Source: a virus
Direction: 5' to 3' (one strand)
Length of the DNA stretch: 64,000 bases
IMG/VR virus record: IMGVR_UViG_3300037247_001096
Span: 1-64,000 of that record
In this document: one piece after another, positions 26,778 through 35,072 of the stretch
Layout: each line of letters begins with the position of its first letter
Numbering within the stretch: the stretch's first letter is position 1
Notes under the pieces: model-generated
The model's input: only the letters and a program-made list of their open reading frames with translations
What the model was told of the DNA's origin: nothing
The model's database searches: none
Position numbers and translations under genes: made by a program

Positions 26778-26807
26778 GACGTGAGGGGGTCAATTCAGGT
26801 TGGCCCC

Positions 26808-26835
26808 TTCAGACTTTAGGCGAACGGTCGATACT
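26808..26835 (+). promoter_or_regulatory. Early promoter motif, copy 3
   Basis: TTCAGA-N16-GATACT. Confidence 0.65.
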
Positions 26836-26868
26836 TAGAGTAGAGAGTAGAGAGTAGAGAGTAGAGAG
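26836..26868 (+). repeat. Heptamer tandem repeat (TAGAGAG)x4 plus a partial copy
   Basis: Read directly; lies between the promoter and the RBS of 26880. Confidence 0.9.
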
Positions 26869-26879
26869 GAGCACACAAC

Positions 26880-27083
26880 ATGGACGGCGACGTAAAGGCA
26901 CTCAAGGCCCGAAACGATAGGGCTGCTGCCCGGGAGCTTGCCGAGCTTAGGGCCGATACGGTCAAGGGACTCAAGTACGCCCTATCTCAAGGGGGTGTGG
27001 ATGGAGTCCTAGCCCTACTGACGGAAGCGGGCGTGCTGGTTCCACTGTTCGACCGCTTCGCCGGTAACAAGAGGCGAGTGTGA
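26880..27083 (+). CDS. Hypothetical early protein
   Basis: GAGGAG RBS. Confidence 0.55.
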   Translation: MDGDVKALKARNDRAAARELAELRADTVKGLKYALSQGGVDGVLALLTEAGVLVPLFDRFAGNKRRV

Positions 27084-27252
27084 TGATACCAACGCCGGTA
27101 CTAGGCTACATCGCCACGCTATGTGTGGCGTGGCTGATACGGCGGGGAGTGAGAGGCCATGATGGATAGGCTGGCAATCATCCTACTGGTGCTGCTGGGC
27201 TTCGGCCCCGCACTCCTAGCCCTAAGGCAGCAGGAAAGGAAGGGGTGAAGAG

Positions 27253-27489
27253 GTGTGTGAACTAGGCGACAAGCAAACGAGCCTCGCGCTCGACTTGGTG
27301 GATGCCGCCAACACCGACGCCCCGTACCAGGCATTCAGAGACTATGCTCTACTGGTGCTGGCGACCGGCACGCCGCTAGACCGTGCCATCACCTACCTCA
27401 AGGACACCGGCAGTCCCCAGCACGCCCGTGGACGCCTGCTGCTTAGGGCAGCGGAAAAGGCGCTACGCGAGGCCGGTGACATAGAGTAG
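27253..27489 (+). CDS. Hypothetical helical protein
   Basis: ORF track; purine-rich upstream region; start uncertain. Confidence 0.4.
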   Translation: MCELGDKQTSLALDLVDAANTDAPYQAFRDYALLVLATGTPLDRAITYLKDTGSPQHARGRLLLRAAEKALREAGDIE

Positions 27490-27686
27490 GAGGTGAGGCT
27501 GATGCACAGATACAGCTAGGCTGCACGAGGAGTGCAGTAGGGGAGGCGTGGCTCATGCCGAGCCGGTTTCACCCGCCTCCCCCTTACACTCCCTCTACAG
27601 CGGCAGGCGAGTCCTGCCGCCTCTGGGCCTCTGGCTCATGGATGCCGAGAAGTGCGCTGTTCTAGACTTTGCACTGATGCTAGGGG

Positions 27687-27714
27687 TTCAGAGACGGCCG
27701 GATTGGTCGATACT
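27687..27714 (+). promoter_or_regulatory. Early promoter motif, copy 4
   Basis: TTCAGA-N16-GATACT followed by GAGGAGG RBS. Confidence 0.65.
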
Positions 27715-27735
27715 ACCAGTGAGAGGAGGTGCGCG

Positions 27736-27918
27736 ATGGCACAGACTAAGATAGCGAAGCGTGACAGAGGGTATGGCAAGCGACGGCGCACGTCGCTAGT
27801 GTCGCGCCATGACCGGCACACGGTCAAGGTGCACACCTGCGCCCGTTGCTACCCTGGCTCAGTCAGTCTAGGGGGTGGCGCCAAAGACGAGTCGACGGCA
27901 ACGACAAACGACGTGTAA
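27736..27918 (+). CDS. Small basic protein
   Basis: GAGGAGGT RBS; MAQTKIAKR...HTCARC. Confidence 0.5.
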   Translation: MAQTKIAKRDRGYGKRRRTSLVSRHDRHTVKVHTCARCYPGSVSLGGGAKDESTATTNDV

Positions 27919-27949
27919 CGCTGTCTGGAATCTAAGGAGGCGTAGCGTC

Positions 27950-28159
27950 ATGCTGAAACTCATCGAGAGCAAAGCGACCGGCCTGAGCGTGCAGGCGCCC
28001 GACTTTGGGGGGCCAATCGCTACTCCAAGCGGGCGCTGCCTGCACTGTGGCCATCCCATGCCGAACGGCTCGGATGGCGGCTGCGGTAGCGAGTGCAACT
28101 GTGGAGACTGCTCCTGCTGTATCAACGAGGAGACTACCGATGGGCGTGGACTTGACTGA
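27950..28159 (+). CDS. Small Cys-rich protein
   Basis: TAAGGAGG RBS; CLHC...CGSECNCGDCSCC. Confidence 0.55.
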   Translation: MLKLIESKATGLSVQAPDFGGPIATPSGRCLHCGHPMPNGSDGGCGSECNCGDCSCCINEETTDGRGLD

Positions 28160-28388
28160 CGGCCTACTGTGGCTGGCCGGTGCGTTCCTTGTGGCGCACC
28201 TACTGACAGACGCCCGCCGGATGGTACAGGTGCTCCGGCTCCAGCACTCCCGCAAGGCCCATAAACCCCAAAGCGGGATACCGTGCCAGCGGTGCAAGGG
28301 CGTGGACGCTGGCATCAAAGAGGCGTGGTGGGAGGTGGCTACGCTTGTCGCCCTTGTGGGACATCTGATATTCGATTACATTGGGTAA
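28140..28388 (+). CDS. Small membrane protein with CxxC
   Basis: Two hydrophobic segments flanking H..H...CQRC. Confidence 0.5.
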   Translation: MGVDLTDGLLWLAGAFLVAHLLTDARRMVQVLRLQHSRKAHKPQSGIPCQRCKGVDAGIKEAWWEVATLVALVGHLIFDYIG

Positions 28389-28399
28389 GGAGGTACATC

Positions 28400-28609
28400 A
28401 TGAAGACAGGAAGCACCATCGACCGGCTAGACAGAGCAGCCACAGCACTGACCGCCGCAGCCTCCGCCCTCAATCACGGGCGCAACGCCCTCTTTGTTGA
28501 GCGATTAGAGGAGGGGCTGCGTCTTGTCGAAGAGGTACTGTTCCATAGCGAGAAGCTAACACCAGAGGAGCGACTGCGCCTCTGCCTATCTAGAGAGGAG
28601 GTGACTTGA
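28400..28609 (+). CDS. Hypothetical helical protein
   Basis: TAAGGAGGTACATC-ATG. Confidence 0.6.
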   Translation: MKTGSTIDRLDRAATALTAAASALNHGRNALFVERLEEGLRLVEEVLFHSEKLTPEERLRLCLSREEVT

Positions 28610-29055
28610 TGAAGTGCAAATCGTGTGGGGGACAGCTAGTCATGCGCGAGACCTTTGACTACCCCATAGACGAGAACGGGGTGTGGGCCAGCGACAGCAT
28701 CGGCGATAGTGGTGTGTACTGCCTTGACTGCGGCGCCCGCCATGCCTACGACGACATCCACGAGAGCGGCGACCACTACACCATCGCTCTCGAAGCGAAC
28801 AGCGACCCTGACCCAGTGGCCACCATCGCCATCGCCTTCAGGGGTGGGGTGATAGACGCTATCGGGGCCGACCGACTGACGGGCCTGCTTGCCATCGACG
28901 AAGACCGTAAGGAGATAGGTCGCTTCCTCGCCCGACCAGACGAGAATGAATGGTGGCAGAGGGTGAAGGCATTGGAGGCTCGCATCCAAAAGGGCGAGAG
29001 CCGAGCATTCTTTGGCGACGGTAAGGAGGTAGAAGATGACCAAGCCAGGGATTGA
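28606..29055 (+). CDS. Zn-ribbon hypothetical protein
   Basis: CKSC...CLDC; GAGGAGGTGA RBS. Confidence 0.55.
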   Translation: MMKCKSCGGQLVMRETFDYPIDENGVWASDSIGDSGVYCLDCGARHAYDDIHESGDHYTIALEANSDPDPVATIAIAFRGGVIDAIGADRLTGLLAIDEDRKEIGRFLARPDENEWWQRVKALEARIQKGESRAFFGDGKEVEDDQARD

Positions 29056-29551
29056 ACCGTTCGCTAAGCGGTGGGGAGTCCAAGGTTCCTTTCCAAAACG
29101 CTCCAGGCGGTTCGCTGCGGGGGGCTATGGACCCTTGAACAACCGTCCGCCCAACGTGGTGCACAACCACGAGAGCGGCGCCCGAATTGTATATGTGGGG
29201 TTCAGCGAAACCGCACCCGCCCACCATCTGTTTCGATGCGTGGCCCACAGTGACCCACCTCGACGCCAGGTGCAGCTCAAGCCATTCGACCAGCGGCGCT
29301 TCACCTCGGAATCCAAGGCGGGGCGGGGTGGGTGCTCCATGCGTGACTGCCCGGGAAACGCTGTAGAGATGGACGAGGAGGAGACGCAGGCATACTGCGA
29401 ACACTGCGCCACACGGGTACGGGGCATTGTCCCCTGCTCATGGGCATCCATCGAACCGTGCTACACTAGGCTGGGATTGGACAAGCCACCACATGGCCGG
29501 CCCTGCCCGACGTGCGCCGCTTTCGGACGGGAGGAAGCGGTAGCGTGGTGA
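29036..29551 (+). CDS. Hypothetical protein, Cys-rich C-terminus
   Basis: TAAGGAGG RBS. Confidence 0.45.
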   Translation: MTKPGIEPFAKRWGVQGSFPKRSRRFAAGGYGPLNNRPPNVVHNHESGARIVYVGFSETAPAHHLFRCVAHSDPPRRQVQLKPFDQRRFTSESKAGRGGCSMRDCPGNAVEMDEEETQAYCEHCATRVRGIVPCSWASIEPCYTRLGLDKPPHGRPCPTCAAFGREEAVAW

Positions 29552-30054
29552 ACAAGCGTTGGCGAGGTCGAAGGCCGTTCCGACAGAATAGGCGGCTCTG
29601 GTCGGAACCATTAGAGCAACAAGGAAGGGGTGGCGAACCTTCCCTCGCCAACTTTCGCGGCGTCCTGGACTTCCTGCGGCGCTATGAGGAGTCGGGCCAT
29701 GGCATGGCCGCGGGCTCATTCACGGAGCGCGTGCGCCAAGAGTTGATGGCCTGGCTCAAGGAGAAGGGGTTGGGCTGGCACAGTCCTATCAACTTCGAGT
29801 ACCGGCTCCACCGGCACAAGAGGGTCGCCGTGACGTTGACCAATCCTCGCATCTATCACCGACGGCTGCGGGGGGATGGCTCGAAGGGCTTTGTGCTCGA
29901 AGGGAAGATTCTGTCCATCGATGGCCTTCGACCAGCAGGGATTGCTAAGCACGGGGAGTTTGCCCTTACCCGAATCGTTGGTCACCATCCAGTGAGACTA
30001 TTGGCAGAATCAGTGGCCGAGGAAGCTGTAAAGAATCAACCGCAATTGCGTTAG
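29545..30054 (+). CDS. Basic hypothetical protein
   Basis: GGAGGA RBS before GTG. Confidence 0.5.
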   Translation: MVNKRWRGRRPFRQNRRLWSEPLEQQGRGGEPSLANFRGVLDFLRRYEESGHGMAAGSFTERVRQELMAWLKEKGLGWHSPINFEYRLHRHKRVAVTLTNPRIYHRRLRGDGSKGFVLEGKILSIDGLRPAGIAKHGEFALTRIVGHHPVRLLAESVAEEAVKNQPQLR

Positions 30055-30063
30055 GAAGGAGGC

Positions 30064-30294
30064 ATGAACATGAAGGTGACCAATGACCAGATCGACAAGC
30101 TGACCGGGATATGCTTGGACATCTCGATCCGGCGCTACCGATCCACCGCCAATATGATATCCGAGTTCGAGAGGCAGATCGGCATGCCGCTGATCGACGT
30201 GCGCACCCGCATGTCCTTCGACGAGTTCGACGAGGCGTACCAGCGCTTTTGCCGCGTGTGGATGCCGTGGTGTGACTTGCCAGAGGATGTATGA
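30064..30294 (+). CDS. Hypothetical protein
   Basis: AAGGAGG RBS. Confidence 0.55.
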   Translation: MNMKVTNDQIDKLTGICLDISIRRYRSTANMISEFERQIGMPLIDVRTRMSFDEFDEAYQRFCRVWMPWCDLPEDV

Positions 30295-30324
30295 ATCGTA
30301 CGATATGGAGAAGGAAGGCGCATC

Positions 30325-30471
30325 ATGACTGAGCAAGAGGACGAGCTGCGCCGGTGCGACGGCTGCCACTCCGACCGGCTCTGCCGGAAGTACAAGAGCC
30401 TGTATCTCTGCCTAAACGGGCCTCAGAAGTGCTGGCGCCATCGAAAGGTGCTGGGCTCAAAAACGAAGTAA
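30325..30471 (+). CDS. 48-aa Zn-finger-like protein (not in ORF track)
   Basis: GGAAGGCGCATC-ATG; CDGC...C...C...C. Confidence 0.5.
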   Translation: MTEQEDELRRCDGCHSDRLCRKYKSLYLCLNGPQKCWRHRKVLGSKTK

Positions 30472-30504
30472 CACAACCGCAGTAAAACACGTTATACTAG
30501 ACGT

Positions 30505-30587
30505 GGGGCCGACGGGAAAGGTTCGCCGGATGGTGTGCAGGCTCTGTCAGGCGAGCAACGCCGGTTCGACTCCGGCCGGCTCCACCA
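30505..30587 (+). ncRNA. tRNA-Ala/tmRNA-TLD-like RNA (83 nt, no D stem, no mRNA-like domain)
   Basis: Acceptor GGGGCCG/CGGCUCC with G3-U70, discriminator A, encoded CCA, T arm GCCGG-UUCGACU-CCGGC; TATACT -10 box at 30493-30498. Confidence 0.75.
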
Positions 30588-30590
30588 CAC

Positions 30591-30667
30591 GGGGGCTGGA
30601 AGGGCAGGCTACAGCAGCCGGACGAGACCCTAACCCGGGCTAAAATCCTGGGCCAGTCCCCCAACCA
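30591..30667 (+). ncRNA. Second tRNA-like structured RNA in tandem
   Basis: 9-bp GGGGGCUGG/CCAGUCCCC closing stem, coaxial 6-bp arm with 7-nt loop, ACCA close to the 3' end. Confidence 0.4.
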
Positions 30668-30683
30668 ATACAGGAGGTGTTTA

Positions 30684-30794
30684 ATGCTCCGACGAATATT
30701 GCACGCCATCTTCGGGCACCCCAACGACTGGCTCTGCGACTGGGATCTACACTGCAGGTGCACCCCAGACCGCGATTGTATAGGATGCCCATGA
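30684..30794 (+). CDS. 36-aa Cys-rich peptide (not in ORF track)
   Basis: AGGAGGT RBS; ATGA overlap with the next gene. Confidence 0.45.
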   Translation: MLRRILHAIFGHPNDWLCDWDLHCRCTPDRDCIGCP

Positions 30795-30961
30795 GCCCAC
30801 TAGCGCACGCGCTGTATCAGTACCTTCGGGGCCGGCCTGACGGCAGCAATACCGTGATGGAGGAGCTAACCGCAACACTACGGGCCAGCAAAACCGCCGT
30901 CCGAGCAGCGTTCCGAGAGTTGGAAGCCGAGGGGCTGCTCGTCGCTGAACAGGAGGTGTAA
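30791..30961 (+). CDS. Winged helix-turn-helix DNA-binding protein
   Basis: TVMEELTATLRASKTAVRAAFRELEAEGLL, a GntR/replication-initiator-like wHTH pattern. Confidence 0.7.
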   Translation: MSPLAHALYQYLRGRPDGSNTVMEELTATLRASKTAVRAAFRELEAEGLLVAEQEV

Positions 30962-30989
30962 TTATGTCCGGGCTTGAGAGTCTATACTT

Positions 30990-31544
30990 CTACCGCGCAG
31001 GCGTAGCCGCCGGTACACTAGCCGACTGGCTTATCTGGGGGTAGGGGCGACGATGATACTCGTACAGGATGTTACAGTTGGCACAACGAAGGTCGAGGTC
31101 GTCGGTCTGGCGCCGTCCAGTCAGAAGCTCTTGGTAAATATGACGGCGCACGCGGTGCACTTCTTGGCGCCCCCCTCCATTGATATGATTCACTTGAAGG
31201 ACACGCCAGTCAGTAATCCCACAAGCCACGCAGCGCCCGCCCAACAGAGCAGCTACCCGTTGGTGGCGTTCGTCGGACAAGCGTCGGTTCTTTACAAGGC
31301 GGGCTTCTCGGTTTCGTTGGTAGAACGCCTTCGCACTACAACGCTGGGAACAGTAGCGGTGAGTTTTCTGATATGGTGCAAACTCCTTGCCACACACCGC
31401 GCACTGCCGGGCCGGCTGCTTGGGGTACAGGACAGCGTACTTGCGTCGTGCGTAGGTGCGACCGGCACACCGCTTCGAGCAGAACAATTGCCCCTTCTTC
31501 CCTCGAAACCGCTTCGAACATCCACCGCAAGTCAGCTTTTTCAT
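30990..31544 (-). mobile_element. HNH-like endonuclease with Zn-finger repeats, antisense orientation
   Basis: CxxC..F...CSxxC repeats; LGGRCVACG...LQVNHINGGG...LRCANCN; own promoter TTGCGC-N18-TATACT (31584-31555). Confidence 0.7.
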
Positions 31545-32976
31545 GCCTAATAATAGTATACGATATACCAACACCTTTGCGCAAATGGAAGGGCCGGCAG
31601 TGTACCAGGCGAGAGAGGTGCTCTCTTATCAACGGCGCGGGTATAAATTTACACAGGCTCACCGCAGAGGCGGCTGGGATGGCACAGTGAGATTAATGAC
31701 GCAGAAGGGCCGATTCGCAGCCGGATTGGTGCCTTGGCTGGTCGCACGTCTAGCCAAGGAAGGCATCACCATTGAGGTGGACGACCAGCGCCCCGAGACC
31801 CTACCCAAGGACACTAGACTTGCCGAGCTTCACAACAGCGTGGAGTTTAGGCCACACCAGCAGACCGCCATCAACCAGGCTCTCGCCTTAGAGCGGGGTG
31901 TCATTCACCACCCCACAGCGGCCGGTAAGACTGAAGTGATGGTAGAGGTTGCCCGGCGGATAGGGCGCCCGGGCCTGGTGCTGGGGCACCGCAAGGACTT
32001 GATGTACCAATCCGCTGAGCGGATGATACAGACGCTGGGGCTGGGCGAAAGCCTCAAGGACTTCCCTCATCAAAACGTAGTAGGTATGATAGGCGACGGC
32101 CTGTGGGAACCCCGCATCCTGACGGTCTGTACCTTCCAGACGTTGTACATGCGCCTCAAGGAAGAAGCAGGCATCGAACGTTGGTTGCGGGAGGAGATAG
32201 GCCAGGTGCACGTAGACGAATGCCACCACCTGCCTAGCCGGAGCTATGAAAAAGTGATGGCCCAGCTCTGGTCTGCCCGCTGGCGCCTAGGCTACAGTGC
32301 CACCCCTGATAAAGAGCTCGACCCGGAAACGTTTTTCAAAGTAGCGAGCTGGCTCGGGCCGACGGTGCACCGGGTCGGGGCTGACGAGCTGGCGGAGAAG
32401 GGCCACCTAGTCCCCGTGGATGTCTTCATGATTCGCCAACCACCCAACCCCGCGAGCTGGAAGAAGTGGCAGGAGGTGGTGGAGTACGGCATCGTCAGCA
32501 ACACCATTCGCAACAACCATATCGTGACGCTGGCCCGGCACCTAGACGAAACAAGGAGCGGGCCAGTCGTCATACTTGTAGAACGCCTTGCACACGGGGA
32601 AGCATTGGCCCATGCCCTCGGCGCTCCGTTCATTGCAGGCAATGCCCCCACCCCCACAAGACAGCGGACGTGGGAGGACATGCGGCAAGGTAAGCTGAAC
32701 CTACTTGTAGCGTCAAAGGTCGCGGACGAGGGTTTGAATATCCCACCGTTGGCATATCTGATTATGGCGGGCGGGGGTAAGGCGCCCCACCTCACTGTCC
32801 AAAAGGTGGGGCGTGGGATGAGGGTTGCCAAGGGGAAGGACAGACTTTTCGTGTTCGATTTCCTTGACCGGGGAAAATACCTGGAGAAGCACGCAGCCCG
32901 CCGGCTCCAGACGTACAGCGAGCAGCCTGCGTACTCGTGCAGTATCGTAAATTTTGAGGAGGTATGCCCATCATGA
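31543..32976 (+). CDS. Superfamily II DNA helicase (UvsW/XPB-like)
   Basis: FRPHQ Q-motif, PTAAGKT, VDECHH, SATP, EGLNIP, QKVGRGMR. Confidence 0.9.
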   Translation: MPNNSIRYTNTFAQMEGPAVYQAREVLSYQRRGYKFTQAHRRGGWDGTVRLMTQKGRFAAGLVPWLVARLAKEGITIEVDDQRPETLPKDTRLAELHNSVEFRPHQQTAINQALALERGVIHHPTAAGKTEVMVEVARRIGRPGLVLGHRKDLMYQSAERMIQTLGLGESLKDFPHQNVVGMIGDGLWEPRILTVCTFQTLYMRLKEEAGIERWLREEIGQVHVDECHHLPSRSYEKVMAQLWSARWRLGYSATPDKELDPETFFKVASWLGPTVHRVGADELAEKGHLVPVDVFMIRQPPNPASWKKWQEVVEYGIVSNTIRNNHIVTLARHLDETRSGPVVILVERLAHGEALAHALGAPFIAGNAPTPTRQRTWEDMRQGKLNLLVASKVADEGLNIPPLAYLIMAGGGKAPHLTVQKVGRGMRVAKGKDRLFVFDFLDRGKYLEKHAARRLQTYSEQPAYSCSIVNFEEVCPS

Positions 32977-33212
32977 GCAGAGAGACTCTCCAAGCCGTCG
33001 TGCAGGAGGTGCTCGGTATTGATATTCCAGAGTTTGGGGTCATGATGCTAGGCGTTCAACTCGCCTTGTGCGACCCCGACTTCTGGCAGAGCCAGGTCAG
33101 TCAAGAAGATGATGAGCAGGGAGGTTGGATGCAAGGCACAGCCGACCAACTTGCCGCCACCGTGAGGGAGGCATATGTCTTCGTGGAGGACACACTGGAG
33201 AACAAGTCATGA
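32973..33212 (+). CDS. Hypothetical protein
   Basis: GAGGAGG RBS, ATGA overlap. Confidence 0.5.
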   Translation: MSRETLQAVVQEVLGIDIPEFGVMMLGVQLALCDPDFWQSQVSQEDDEQGGWMQGTADQLAATVREAYVFVEDTLENKS

Positions 33213-33547
33213 GACTACGAGAAGGAGAGCCCAACCTGTCGGAGGTCGAACGGCGCCGCAGTCAGGGAGTGGCGACCCTGCACTACGCCGACGGTGATTA
33301 CAGATGCAGATGGTTTACTCCAACATGGTTCACCGACGACGAAGACAAGTGGTGGGATGTAGACGCTGACCAGGTGGTGGCGGAGTACGTCCCGGCGTTC
33401 CTGCGGGCACTCACAGAACAGCGTCAGGAGCCAGGAGAGCCACGTCACAGCCTCTATGAGGTCTATTGGGAGTCTGAGCTAGTATGGAGCCAGCAGGTTG
33501 ATGACTACGAGCCTGTCGCGCTACCATCAGAAGGAGGTGTAACGTGA
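33209..33547 (+). CDS. Hypothetical acidic protein
   Basis: GGAG RBS, ATGA overlap. Confidence 0.5.
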   Translation: MRLREGEPNLSEVERRRSQGVATLHYADGDYRCRWFTPTWFTDDEDKWWDVDADQVVAEYVPAFLRALTEQRQEPGEPRHSLYEVYWESELVWSQQVDDYEPVALPSEGGVT

Positions 33548-34092
33548 GCGATTTACGATTGACTTGCACGAGGTGCCGGAACACGTTTGAGGGGGGAGAT
33601 GACCTACACCCCGGCAGTCCCTGCCCCGACTGCCTTCGGCACACCGTAATGTTACCACACAACCTAGACCGAGAGGGTATGGGGTTGGTCGGTACACTCA
33701 TCCTCGGTGTGCCCGTCTTTGAAACGAGTGAATGGGCGGACAGCACCCTTTGTGATGTAAACGACCGGCACTACCCCCACACATGGGAGGTAGACGAACA
33801 ACGTTTTGTCTGCCCGGGTAGGCGGCTGGACAGCAGGGAGCGTACCTTCCACGTGCTACTGACGCAGGGGGAGAAGGGGCTGATTAAGGTGGCGGGAATC
33901 TCCCGTCAACCAGAGCCCATCAAAGAGACCTTCGAGACGTGGCACAACGAGGGGCGTACACTCTGGCTCCTCACCCTTACCGACCCCCAGGAGGGACTGC
34001 CTGGTGTGAAGCTAGAGCTCGTCACCCCAAAATGCGAGTTCAGTACCCTCTTCGTCCCTTCCGACACGCCTGAAGAGGCCCACGATGATTAA
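33544..34092 (+). CDS. Zn-ribbon hypothetical protein
   Basis: CTRC...CPDC; AAGGAGG RBS. Confidence 0.55.
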   Translation: MSDLRLTCTRCRNTFEGGDDLHPGSPCPDCLRHTVMLPHNLDREGMGLVGTLILGVPVFETSEWADSTLCDVNDRHYPHTWEVDEQRFVCPGRRLDSRERTFHVLLTQGEKGLIKVAGISRQPEPIKETFETWHNEGRTLWLLTLTDPQEGLPGVKLELVTPKCEFSTLFVPSDTPEEAHDD

Positions 34093-34276
34093 CATATGTG
34101 AAGCCCATAGCATAGAGCCCGACCCAAAGGGGGTACGAGAGTGCTACGGGGGGCTCTGGGTCTGCGCCGAGTGTAAGCGCACCATCTGTACCGGATTCGG
34201 TTGTGCCGACGAGTACCCCGACCTCTGCGACGACTGCTGGTGGGAAAAGGAGAGGCCCCATGGAGAGAAAGAGTGA
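34085..34276 (+). CDS. Small Cys-rich protein
   Basis: CAEC...CDDC. Confidence 0.5.
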   Translation: MINICEAHSIEPDPKGVRECYGGLWVCAECKRTICTGFGCADEYPDLCDDCWWEKERPHGEKE

Positions 34277-34689
34277 CTACGAAGTCCCGGCTGTTAGCTA
34301 AGGCACACCCAAACTCCAGTGGCTGCGTAGAGTGGCAGGGAGCGCGAGACACGCGGGGCTATGGGAATATCTACGTAGAGGGTCGGACAGAGAAAACACA
34401 TCGCCTGAGCTACCAGCTTCACAGCGGCCCGATTGCTCCAGGACTGTCCGTATTACATCACTGCGATAACCCTCCATGCATCCTCCCCGCCCACTTGTTT
34501 CTCGGCACCCAGGCCGACAACATCCAAGACGCCCAGAAGAAAGGACGGCTCTGGAGTGGCCCTACTAAGGGCACTCATTGCCGGCGAGGGCACCCACTCA
34601 CAGAGGGTAATACGTACAGTACGCCCTCAGGTAAACGTCGTTGCCGTACTTGCTACCTAGCCTGGCAGAGAGAAAGGAGGGCTTCTTGA
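34273..34689 (+). mobile_element. HNH homing endonuclease
   Basis: GCVEWQG...GYG...THRLSY...VLHHCDNPPCILPAHL..GTQADN; C-terminal THCRRGH...CRTC. Confidence 0.9.
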
Positions 34690-35072
34690 TAGAGCACCTA
34701 ATAACGACCCTACTAGGGACATTTGCACTTGGGCTTGCTACGTGGCATGTAACCAGAGCGATCAGCCACGGCTCACTGTTCAAGCCCTTCCGGGAGTGGC
34801 TGGAGTACATCGGCGCCACCTGGGAGACCGGGGACACGTCACCCCGAGCGACGTTCCTTCTCTACCTCTGGAGGGGGTTTGACTGTCGCCTATGCTTCGA
34901 GACACAGGTCGCCATCATCCTGACGTGGGGGGCACTGGTGACGGGCCTGGTGGTCAGCCCGGGCGTGTTGCCCTACGCTGCCTGGGGGTTTGCCTTCGCC
35001 ATTGGGCCTTTCTTGACCGCCGCTTGGAGTGAAATCATCCGTCGAGTAGAGTGTGTGGAGGCACCTGCTTAA
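34686..35072 (+). CDS. DUF1360-like membrane protein
   Basis: GLATWHVTRAI...FKPFR...CRLC...VA with TM segments. Confidence 0.55.
   Translation: MIEHLITTLLGTFALGLATWHVTRAISHGSLFKPFREWLEYIGATWETGDTSPRATFLLYLWRGFDCRLCFETQVAIILTWGALVTGLVVSPGVLPYAAWGFAFAIGPFLTAAWSEIIRRVECVEAPA

Noticed and set aside
30505-30587. Canonical tRNA-Ala(UGC)
   Set aside because: No D stem and no 5-bp anticodon stem with a 7-nt loop can be drawn; kept as a tRNA-like RNA.
30588-30670. Theta/HDV-like or hammerhead ribozyme after the tRNA-like RNA
   Set aside because: The nested double-pseudoknot order could not be built, and the hammerhead CUGANGA core is absent.
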